Below are positions 48,199 to 57,421 of a stretch of 64,000 nt of DNA, piece by piece. The translations under genes and the position numbers were made by a program. The stretch spans positions 64,001-128,000 of the IMG/VR virus record IMGVR_UViG_3300037067_002413, one strand, 5' to 3'. Within the stretch, counting starts at the first letter, position 1. The number at the start of each line of letters is the position of its first letter. The notes under the pieces are model-generated. The model did not search any database. It had not been told where the DNA came from and saw only the letters and a list, made by a program, of their open reading frames with translations. The stretch is from a virus. Lineage: Duplodnaviria; Caudoviricetes.

Positions 48199-48774
48199 AT
48201 GTACAAGCAGATGACGTTCCGTGTCCGTGGTGTCTCGCCGCTGATTATGCACAATCCTCAGTTGGCAGACCCGCTCAATTCCTTTTCCAAGGACTTGAAG
48301 AAAATCACCAGCAAGAGGAAGAAGACCGACGAAGATTACGCCGAGATGGCGCGTATTGAGTTCCTCGGCGGTCTTTATCTCGATGAGGACAACAAACCGT
48401 GCATCCCTGGTGAGACGATCGAAGCGGCTATTGTAGCCGGTGCCAAGAAGAACAAGATGGGGCCGGCGGCAAAGTCCGGTATCATCGTGGACGGCAACTT
48501 CCGCCTTGAGTACAAGGGACCGAAGACGCCGGAGAGCTTGTTCGCCGACGACAACTTCCGCAACACGTCTCGATGCCGTGTCGGCAATAGTGCCGTCATG
48601 CGAACTCGCCCGATCTTCAAGGAATGGGAATGTGAGTTCGTGGTCAATTATCTACCGGATGTGGTCAGCGAAGAAGATGTGATCTCATTCGTTGAAAACG
48701 CAGGGCGGCTTTGTGGCTGGGGCGATTGGCGTCCCCGGCATGGCCGCTTTGAGGTTCTCCAACAGGCTGCATAG
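48199..48774 (+). CDS. stand-alone RAMP / Cas7-like RNA-binding protein (putative guide-RNA effector)
   Basis: beta1 FRVRGVSPLIMH, PCIPGETIEAAI (cf. RAMP P.IPGSSLKG), RTRP.F.EW, C-terminal glycine loop AGRLCGWGDWRPRHGRFEV; TAAGGA RBS. Confidence 0.75.
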   Translation: MYKQMTFRVRGVSPLIMHNPQLADPLNSFSKDLKKITSKRKKTDEDYAEMARIEFLGGLYLDEDNKPCIPGETIEAAIVAGAKKNKMGPAAKSGIIVDGNFRLEYKGPKTPESLFADDNFRNTSRCRVGNSAVMRTRPIFKEWECEFVVNYLPDVVSEEDVISFVENAGRLCGWGDWRPRHGRFEVLQQAA

Positions 48775-48782
48775 GAGGTATT

Positions 48783-49256
48783 ATGCCAGTTGTAACCTCT
48801 ACCCATCCGTCGCTTATCGACGTATGGCAGTTGGCGAAAGGTGATTATATTTCGCCAGAGTTCCTGGAAGGTTTGACCGGGTTTCTGCGGTACACGCAAG
48901 ACTATAGCTTCGCTATGCTTTCGTTACGCGATGACCTTGAGCGCAGGCTAGGGGCCATTGGAAACCCAGTCACAATCAAACAGGAAGACCAAGGTCTGCG
49001 TCTTCTGACGGACAGCGAGGCAGCGGAATACAATGCCCACCGAGGAAACAAACTCCTTGGGCAAATGGGTCGCGCTCACAAGCGCAACCAAGCCGTTGAC
49101 TCGAACAACCTGTCTCAGGAAGAAGACCACCAGCACCTACGGAACTTGCAAGTCCAAGGAACCATCCTGTCTTCCGCGAAACAAATCAAGCGGCAATACC
49201 GCATGAAATCGTTTCAGCGAAGGACGCCTGGTCTCCCGGTTGCAGTTCAAGCGTGA
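48783..49256 (+). CDS. hypothetical accessory protein of the RAMP-array locus
   Basis: AGGAGG RBS overlapping the RAMP stop; lies between the RAMP gene and the array. Confidence 0.7.
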   Translation: MPVVTSTHPSLIDVWQLAKGDYISPEFLEGLTGFLRYTQDYSFAMLSLRDDLERRLGAIGNPVTIKQEDQGLRLLTDSEAAEYNAHRGNKLLGQMGRAHKRNQAVDSNNLSQEEDHQHLRNLQVQGTILSSAKQIKRQYRMKSFQRRTPGLPVAVQA

Positions 49257-49263
49257 AAACGCA

Positions 49264-49299
49264 GGGCGGTCGTCGGGAGACCGGCGACCGCCCATTTTT
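49264..49299 (+). terminator. GC hairpin + T-tract between the genes and the array
   Basis: gggcggtcgtcgg-gaga-ccggcgaccgccc-attttt. Confidence 0.7.
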
Positions 49300-49300
49300 A

Positions 49301-50582
49301 AGAAACCGCTTTACAACAAAAGGCGGTTTTCTAAACGAATAAGTTGGGGTTAGGTGATGTCTGATCCCGTCCAGTGGGGCGATGTGAAGTTTGGTTCTTT
49401 TAACGAAGCCGTCTTGCAAGAGACGGTTTCCTTTAGCGAACCTGTGGTTCGATGCGGTCTGGTACGGTATGGTCGGCAAGGTTGTGTGATGTAAGGTTCT
49501 CTGAACGAAGCCGCTTCGTAAGAGGCGGTTTCCTTGAGTGAATCTAACCTGGGGTTGGCTTGGGTGAAGTCTGGTCGGTCAAGATGATGTATGGTTCTCT
49601 GAACGAAACCGCTTCGCAAGAGGCGGTTTCCTTGAGCGAACCTGCGGTATTTTGTGGTATGGTGACGTGAAGTACGGTCGGGCTATTTGATTTCTTTGAC
49701 GAAGCCGCTTCGCAAGAAGCGTCTTCCTCAAACGAATCTGCGGTTCGGTCAGTCATGGTCAGTTAATGTGTGGTGGAGTCATGTAAGTTGCGATAAATTA
49801 GGGTTCCTTTAACGAAGCCATTTCGCAAGAGATGGTTTCCTCAAACGAATCTTTGATATGGTCGGTTCCTGTGCAATATGTTGCGGTTCACCAAGGTAGT
49901 GTGGGGTATCCTAATGAACGGTTTGGTTCCTTTAACGAAACTGCTTCGCAAGAGGCGGTTTCCTTGAGCGAATCAACTTTGGTCGAGTCGTGGAAGGTAG
50001 GTTGTGGTGAGGTGATGTAATGAACGGTGAGGTTCTCTGAACGAAACCGCTTCGGAAGAGGCGGTTTCCTTTAGCGAATCTAAATCAAGGTTCGGTGCGT
50101 TGAGTGGCGGTTATGTTAGGTCTGATACGGTAAGTAAGGGCGAGGTTTTCTGAACGAAGCCGTTTCGCAAGAAACGGTTTCCTTGAGCGAATCAGGTCTG
50201 TCGAGGTTGTTTTGCGGTGGGGTGGGGCAACGCATGGCTGTGCATGATTGGGTTCTCTGAACGAAGCCGTTTCGCAAGAAACGACTTCCTTGAGCGAATC
50301 AACTATGGTACGGTCAGTCAATGTGTAGTATGGTGATGTATGCTGCGATGAGTTAAGGTTCGTTTAACGAAACCATTTCGCAAGAGATGGTTTCCTCAAA
50401 CGAATCTGTGGTAGAGTAGAGTCAGTTCTGGTATGGCAGATTTTGGAAGGGTGGAATTTGGTTCTCTGAACGAAACCGCTTTGCAAGAAGCGGTTTCCTT
50501 TAGCAAACCTAAGTTAAGACTAGGTTGAGTGAAGTGATGTGTGTTGCGATCCGGTCTGGTATGGTCATGTAATTTTAGGTTC
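49301..50582 (+). ncRNA. repeat-spacer RNA array: eleven 50-nt hairpin repeats (+1 degenerate leading copy) and 12 spacers made of (GGT-like)NN pentamers
   Basis: Repeats start at 49393, 49495, 49593, 49689, 49802, 49925, 50031, 50144, 50251, 50357, 50460; consensus GGTTCTCTGAACGAAGCCGCTTCGCAAGAGGCGGTTTCCTTGAGCGAATC; spacers 46-73 nt. Confidence 0.9.
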
Positions 50583-50585
50583 TAT

Positions 50586-50620
50586 GCCGCCTGACGGAAT
50601 AATCCGTGCAGGCGGCTTTT
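50586..50620 (+). terminator. intrinsic terminator closing the array
   Basis: gccgcctg-acgga-ataa-tccgt-gcaggcggc-tttt. Confidence 0.75.
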
Positions 50621-50824
50621 CGTTTCTTGCTGGCACTCTAGGAAACTTCGTGCCAACCGGAAACTTTCTGTAGATTCCTCAGTTTTCTCAATTGATAGTC
50701 GATACCCTTTGTACGCAGATTGGGCAACCGAAAGAGACGACCAACACTCGTCCCGGAACATCCCGTGCAATTAGTATAGGCGACCATTTCAAGGATCAAA
50801 AGAGTTTGTAAGAAGGAGAAGGAC

Positions 50825-51082
50825 ATGAAGCGACTCGGAGTGCTTGCATTTGCCCTTACCGCGTGCGTCACTATTCCGATGGCTCTCATTAGGCCGACGA
50901 ATACCGCATCGGACGCTGGGCACAATGCACGAGACCAGACCGAAGTAGTTGTACCCAAACGTGAACCAATAATCTTGCGTCCCGCAGATGCCACGGGACC
51001 ATTCCACCTTCCGATCTATGTCATACCAGGATCGGAGCGGAAAGAGCGCACGGCCCGCCTTCCAAACGGGACGACCTCTTGA
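50825..51082 (+). CDS. small exported protein
   Basis: AAGGAG RBS; signal-peptide-like N-terminus. Confidence 0.6.
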   Translation: MKRLGVLAFALTACVTIPMALIRPTNTASDAGHNARDQTEVVVPKREPIILRPADATGPFHLPIYVIPGSERKERTARLPNGTTS

Positions 51083-51259
51083 TTAGGGTAGCACGACTGT
51101 CTATCGTGCCGTCCGATGGATTACGTCAAAGGTGTGCGAGCCGTGCCTGTTCTTGTGAAGTAATATAAAATAAATGACCATTGAAAACATAACGGCTCTA
51201 GCGCAGTGAGCGCACAGTGGTCACTCCCTATAACCATTATCAGAAAGGACTCAACCATC

Positions 51260-51931
51260 ATGCCAAAACGAAAAAAGAAGACTGCAAAGAAGATCAACAG
51301 GCGAACACTGCTGAAAGGTGCTGGCGCGGCAGTGGCGACAATTACAGCCGGCTTGTTCATTCCTCGAATGGTTCATTCAGAAGTCCTCAAGACTGCCAAC
51401 CACCCTACATGGGATAGGCTCTTGGGTCGCATCGGCCGCCAAACGGTTGGACTTCACGCATCGGATCGGACGCCGGAATTGAACAGATGGATTCATGGCA
51501 TGGCTATGCGGCCTCAAGAACCACAGCCAGCATTGATCCTGACAGGGCCGGATTGCAGCGGAAAGACCACCTTCCACAGGGCATTAGGTCTGCTACTGCC
51601 ACCAGGGAAACGCTTTGTCTCCTATGGCTCGCCGAGAACAATCTGGCCCTCAGACGAGAACTTGAAATGGTGGGGAGCATGGCTGTTCGTGATTGACGGT
51701 GAAAATCCGGGACGCTACCGGAAACTCTTCGCCAATCCAGACAAAAGGGATGGTCGATTCGTCAAGTGGTGCCTGACCCACAATCAGTCCGCTGAGAACT
51801 TGCCGAATTCGATCCACTTTAAGGTCAACATGCTGGCCACGACGATGCCAAGAATGGACCTACTAAGGAGACTGGAAGACGAACGGGATGCGTTCCGCCA
51901 GACGCTATTCCGCCAACGTCTTGCAGCATGA
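51260..51931 (+). CDS. P-loop NTPase-like protein with a twin-arginine-like leader
   Basis: NRRTLLKGAGAAVA followed by a hydrophobic stretch; ILTGPDCSGKT. Confidence 0.55.
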   Translation: MPKRKKKTAKKINRRTLLKGAGAAVATITAGLFIPRMVHSEVLKTANHPTWDRLLGRIGRQTVGLHASDRTPELNRWIHGMAMRPQEPQPALILTGPDCSGKTTFHRALGLLLPPGKRFVSYGSPRTIWPSDENLKWWGAWLFVIDGENPGRYRKLFANPDKRDGRFVKWCLTHNQSAENLPNSIHFKVNMLATTMPRMDLLRRLEDERDAFRQTLFRQRLAA

Positions 51932-52009
51932 CGACCGCATGACAATGGCATGATGGTTGCCGGCTGGGCCGGGGTATAAAAGCCCCGGCCCATGCTATTT
52001 CTTGGGCAC

Positions 52010-52038
52010 TTGACGAACGCCCCACCCCTGATTATACT
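52010..52038 (+). promoter_or_regulatory. sigma70-type promoter
   Basis: TTGACG-17 nt-TATACT just upstream of the 52045 start (possibly near-leaderless). Confidence 0.6.
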
Positions 52039-52044
52039 AGAGGG

Positions 52045-52944
52045 ATGGAATTCTATGAATACCCGACAACCCGCGATATTCTCAATCGGAGCGGCCTCGT
52101 CAACGAAAAGGCCGAGGCTTTTTATAATCGAAAAGCGGCAATTGGATTATTTGATCTAGGCAACAAGTCGTGCGCTATCCAAATGATCTCCGAAAAAAGA
52201 TGGGAGTTGAATAGAAGGCCCTACTACAACGTGTACCCAGCCATCGCGCCAATGCTTCTTCGACTCAACCTGAATGTGGATACCAGCCTGGTCCATCTTC
52301 CCTTACCATATTTTTGCATCCGACTCCCGAAACAAAAATCGCCGCTTCAATTTCAATGGGAAGGCGAACCGTGGCACGTCCATTCAATTTTGGTTGGACC
52401 AACTACCCTGGAAAAGGATCAGCAAACATTCGACGGTTTCACTTTATGGATTGACACAGGAGAAACGGGCATAAGTCCAGATGGTCTACCTTATCCAATC
52501 CACACCTATATCAATCTCCCATTGCAAAAGGGAATCACGCTTGAACAATCATTAAAGGCTCTGCCTTACGATTCAAGTGCCTACTATGGCATGATATTGC
52601 CAGAGGACATTCGCACAGCCTGCGCTCGACTCGCTTGTACGCTTTGCTTATTGGAGAATGATCCAGAATTGATTGAGCCGGACGTGCTTAGTAAAGATCG
52701 TGCGAAGTACGATCTCACGCACGACGCCAAGTATGCCGAGAAGGCGAGGCGACGTGGCAAATTCGGATTCAATATCGGCAGAGGTATTGAAGTCATTCCG
52801 CACATTCGCCGACCGCATCCGGCTTTAGTCTGGACTGGGCACGGCAGAGTAACTCCCAAGATCATCATGCGGAAGGGCAGCATAGTCCACCGCGATATTG
52901 CACTTCACGTTCCAACAGGATTTCAAGGAATTCAAGGTGGGTAA
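52045..52944 (+). CDS. hypothetical protein
   Basis: 299-aa ORF with a PHIRRPH...W.G.G C-terminal motif. Confidence 0.7.
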   Translation: MEFYEYPTTRDILNRSGLVNEKAEAFYNRKAAIGLFDLGNKSCAIQMISEKRWELNRRPYYNVYPAIAPMLLRLNLNVDTSLVHLPLPYFCIRLPKQKSPLQFQWEGEPWHVHSILVGPTTLEKDQQTFDGFTLWIDTGETGISPDGLPYPIHTYINLPLQKGITLEQSLKALPYDSSAYYGMILPEDIRTACARLACTLCLLENDPELIEPDVLSKDRAKYDLTHDAKYAEKARRRGKFGFNIGRGIEVIPHIRRPHPALVWTGHGRVTPKIIMRKGSIVHRDIALHVPTGFQGIQGG

Positions 52945-55428
52945 GAAAGCCAACATCATCAGTGAGATAGAGCGGCGCGTGTCGAAACTTGAAAATCGGC
53001 ATGGCCTTTGCCTCTACTACGCGCACCATGCGGCGTCCGTTTTGCATCGGCACGGCTACCAAGCCGTGATCCAAGCCGGCTCGTTGCAATGGCCCCGAAT
53101 TCGGAAAACCGAGGATGACGGATTTACGAACACGCATTTTGCCTACGAGTGGAGTCCCCAGGAACCCGCCAGCGCACTGTCCGTAGCCTTCGGCAACCTT
53201 CCCGAAATGCACGTTTGGGTGGGTATCGTGGACACCCAAGAGATCGTAGATTTTGCCGTCCGCCATCTGAAAGAAGCCGCTGCGGAATTGGGAATGTCCT
53301 GGACTGCGCCCAATCCTCCTAGATATTTGTGGTGCCCAGCCAAGCAACCGCCTGACTGGGTTTTGTACCGCCCGAACCGCGATGCCTCGATTTATGCCTG
53401 CGTCTTGCTGAAACGCCTTTTCGATCCTATTTACCTAAACCGATGAGTTGTGTAAACTGTGGCTTCTGCTGTCGAATTGCTCCATGCCCCTACGGCGATG
53501 TGACCAGTCCCACGGATCGAGCCTGCCGGTTTCTGGTTCCAGGTCCAAAACCCGGAAGGTGGTTATGTGGTAAGTACAACGAAATTATTTTAGACCAACC
53601 CAATGCCAGCATGGTGCCGGCATTTGGGGCTGGATGTTGCTGTTCGATGTGCAATCCAGATAGAAATAGAATACTTCAAGAAATCATGGAAGATATTAAG
53701 GAAGAACATGCTGAATCGAGTCAAGATGTGGTGGCAACGTAAACACAATAAAATGCGAAGCTCGAAGGAAGGCGACAAACTGACGTTCCACGAGCAGGAA
53801 ATTATTCGGGACACGGCACGTTGCCCGGATTGCGGAGGCGAATTCAAGGAAGGTCCACATGGCGGGTTGGCGATCAATTGCATCTGCCTGACTTGCCACA
53901 GCGAATTTAACCTGACGATTATTGCTGACGCCGTAATCGGCGAGCGAATCAGCGATGCCGGCCCACGCGACATGGGCGAACGAGCCAGGGTTTACGGATT
54001 ATGATAACGACACCGCACCATTCGTTACCGGACACCTACGTTACCACGCCACTCTATGCCGGTTTTGGACTAGACGTTGCTATGGCCAAATCATGCAAAC
54101 ACGAGTGGCCGGACGACGTTGAGAGTCTGGAAAAAGGCGAGAAGGATGAGACCGGAGTTTTGATTGCTTTCCAGAAATGTTTGCATTGTTGTGCCACAAG
54201 AACGATTTTCAGGACAAATGATCTTTGACAGCGAAGATACCCGAGACGAATACTTCAAGCGAATCGAGGCCGATTTATTGGCGGTCGAGTTTGGCGATGC
54301 CCTGCGCCAAGCCGGAACGACGTGCCTGGGCTTCTGGGGCAGTGAGGATGACCTGTTCGACGACTGTTCGCGGATCATGCTGGCCGAGGTCAATAAGTTC
54401 GTAGGTAGAAGATTTTGCCGAATCTGCGACATTCAATTCTCAATCGTATGGCACATTATCTACAATTCGGCCCGTGCCAAGCCACGGCGCGAAATGTCCA
54501 GTGTTTGCCAGAAACTTGGCAAAGAAAATAGAGCATTACTTCGAGAAGCGGCTGCATTGAAGACGCCCGTGTGGCTCGGCGACATGCCGCCTTACCAGTC
54601 AATTTACGAGGAAATCAAACGAAAGGGGTTGATTCCAGATGACATATCAAGGGACTCATCAAGGGGAACCGGACCTGATTGCTTGGATCGGGGAGGACGA
54701 GCACGGCTCAGGTAAGATCGGCATTAAACAGGCACTCGTGCCGGCTGGCATGATACCGATCGTCAGCGTGCTCGACGATAAGAGGAAAGTCACTTGGCCA
54801 GCGATCGTCAATCAGATGCAACTCCAGGCAGACGTTTATGGCAAAACGATACGACTGGTGCGTTACGAAGCCGTTGAAGAATTGATCGTCGTCATACCGA
54901 GGAAATAACATGATGCTCAATCCCGCTGACATCATTCACATGCTTTCCCTCCCGGCAATCAAATGCCCGGAATGCGGTCAACCTACCTGCCAAAACTATT
55001 GCAGGCAGTGCGACGACTATTTTCGCATTGGACACTTGCCAAAATGCACACAATTTAGCGAACACGCAGGTCATCGAATTTATCCCACGCTACCCATTAC
55101 GCCTTTTGCAACATATTTATGCGACTGGGCGATCCATTTGGACGTGGTGCGCGACCGGCACGTTTGGATTGAACACGCCGCCATTAAAGCCATGTTCGGC
55201 GATAGAATTGGTACGCCGGAATACCTTGAGACGTTCATGGAAATGGGCGACCGAGCATTAACCTGGGTTGAGAAAGCAACGAATGAATTATACGAGGGTA
55301 AGGTTTACGCAATGCACTTCGCCGGGCATGAATTGGATTTGCGAATTGGCATTGTGGGCGGACAACTGATGCTGTTTACACCAAAGGCGGAGGTCGAAGA
55401 TGGCATTCGAGTTTCTCAAAGACGTTGA
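52937..55428 (+). other. run of hypothetical genes (52937-53446; 53443-53742 CxxCGxCC Fe-S/Zn cluster protein; 53708-54004; 54001-54228; 54218-54715; 54639-54908; 54910-55428)
   Basis: Coupled ORFs, several with CxxC pairs. Confidence 0.55.
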
Positions 55429-56044
55429 CACCACCTGGCTCGACCAGATTCTACTTGATCGTGATAGGCTGGTTCGTCCGGTCAAATGGAAGAAACTACG
55501 CAACGTCCCGCACAACGACATCAAAGTTTGGTGTGTTCGCAATGGCGTCTATCAAATTCCAACGCAGGAGTTGATCGAATGGCTGAGGTCGGCAATAAAC
55601 GGTCGAAGTGCTATCGAGATATGTTCTGGTCGATCTTGCCTGGGACGACCGCTGGGCATCCCGATGATCGACTCATTCCTTCACGGCGATCCCAGCATGA
55701 ATCGTGTTTACCAAATGTTTGGTCAGACGCCTACCGTGCCGCCTGACGACGTTGAGCGGATCACAAGCAATGAAGCCGTCATTAAATATAAGCCGAAAAT
55801 TGTCATTGGCGCATGGGTTACGGAACTGGGCGACGGTGCCGATGGTAAATCGAATCCAGGCGGGACGGATGAAGAAGCAATCCTGGATACGGGTGCGATC
55901 TACATCCACATCGGCAATGCCAAGCCGCATGGAGATAAACGAATCATGCAACGACGCCACCTTGAATTCTCTTTCCCGTGGCTGACCGGGCGTGGCCTTG
56001 ATAAAAGTCTGAACCGAATCTGGGTATGGAACGCAAAGGAATAA
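55400..56044 (+). CDS. SAM-dependent methyltransferase-like protein
   Basis: Y..PT.ELI.WL....AIEICSG...LG..L....IDS Rossmann pattern. Confidence 0.55.
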   Translation: MAFEFLKDVDTTWLDQILLDRDRLVRPVKWKKLRNVPHNDIKVWCVRNGVYQIPTQELIEWLRSAINGRSAIEICSGRSCLGRPLGIPMIDSFLHGDPSMNRVYQMFGQTPTVPPDDVERITSNEAVIKYKPKIVIGAWVTELGDGADGKSNPGGTDEEAILDTGAIYIHIGNAKPHGDKRIMQRRHLEFSFPWLTGRGLDKSLNRIWVWNAKE

Positions 56045-56055
56045 AAAGGAACAAA

Positions 56056-57421
56056 ATGGCTAACGCAATTGAATGGACTGCCGAACAACGCGATTACTGG
56101 GACCAATGGGTGGCGTCCCGTCCGCCCGTCGTCCGAGAACTGGCCAAAAAGTTTCCGGCCGATCGGCTTTATCGAATCAAGAAGTCAGGCGATCGAGGTA
56201 AGATTTCCGCCTACAACGAGGACGGGACGATTACCTTGGCCGTCGATGGCACCTTTTGCTGGGTGATGTTTGCCAAAAACGTCTTCGGTCTTCACCCTGA
56301 TGATATTGAAGAATGCGATCTGCCGGGACCGGACGAAAAACTCGGCGACTTCTCGGCTGAATCAGAAGAGAATCGGGCTTACGTGGACAATGTATTCATA
56401 CCAGCCGTGCAAGCGAAGGTTCGCGCCATGAGGAGAAACAAATGAGTGCAGAACATCCTTATCTTGGCGGGTGGATGCTATTGAAGGCACCGCCGGAAAC
56501 CTGCCCGGAATGCGCAGTGAAACATGGTCCGAATGAACCGCACAACCAGCAGTCGATCACCTATCAGTACACGTTCTACGGAACGCATGGACGCTGGCCG
56601 ACGTGGACTGATGCGATGGCGCACTGTACGCCTGACGTGCAGGCGCGATGGAGACAGGCATTGATTGAGCGAGGCGTAGAGTTTATTGACACTATTGACG
56701 TACCTGTAAAAGAAAACTAATCCGTGGCGGTGGTGTGGCCTCACACTGCGGATAGCCGGACATCGAGAGCCGATGCACTACGACTCCGGCGAACTCCGTC
56801 TAAGGGTTGCGCGATCCCTGGACCGCCACGGTTTTTAATTAGGAAAACTATATGAAACCCGTAAAAATTCGCATTTTTGATTTCGACGACCCAGCAGAAT
56901 GGAAAAAAGTTTTGGCAGTTGTTGACCGGCCATTTGTTTTACGGGCACTTGACGCAGGAATGAATGCACTTTGTTCCTGTAGTGAGAAAAAATGGGATCG
57001 ACAATTAGGACCCTGGCGATATTCACGAAAAGAAGGCGTTAATTGGTCCATACTGAATAATCTATTGCCACAATCGAACAATCCATTCTGGTATCGTATA
57101 TCAGGCGGTTGCAACAGCATTGCACCGTGGTGTGGTGCGGTCGGGAGTGTTCTATTTCCAAATCATCAGTGGTATTATGCCAACAATCAAAAAGTTCCTG
57201 AATATGGTTGTCACTCGGCAGGAATCGGGTTCAAGGAAGGTAAACAACCATCGCTAATTATCATGGACATTTTATTTGGTCAACAGGTGTTACGTGACAA
57301 AACAAAGAATTGGTTGGTTAATATACTGGCCGGCGAAAATGCAAAACACATCCCACTGATCGAGGCAATCAAACGACTTGAATCAGGACATTTTACTAAA
57401 CCACTTACCAACGGAAAATAA
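56056..57421 (+). other. hypothetical genes (56056-56445, 56442-56720, 56852-57421)
   Basis: ORFs with RBSs. Confidence 0.55.
56722..56831 (+). ncRNA. candidate structured RNA closed by a 10-bp stem plus T-tract
   Basis: ccgtggcggt/accgccacgg-tttt. Confidence 0.5.

Noticed and set aside
49186-50321. Short ORFs over the array encoding repeated SLKETASCEAVSFREP-like peptides
   Set aside because: They are fragmented, in different frames and lack RBSs; they are by-products of the nucleotide repeat. G-U pairs, GNRA loops and the terminator indicate a + strand RNA
49301-50582. Calling the array a canonical CRISPR array
   Set aside because: The repeats are 50 nt and covary rather than being near-identical, the spacers vary from 46 to 73 nt and have internal 5-nt periodicity, and no cas1/cas2/cas6 or interference genes are present
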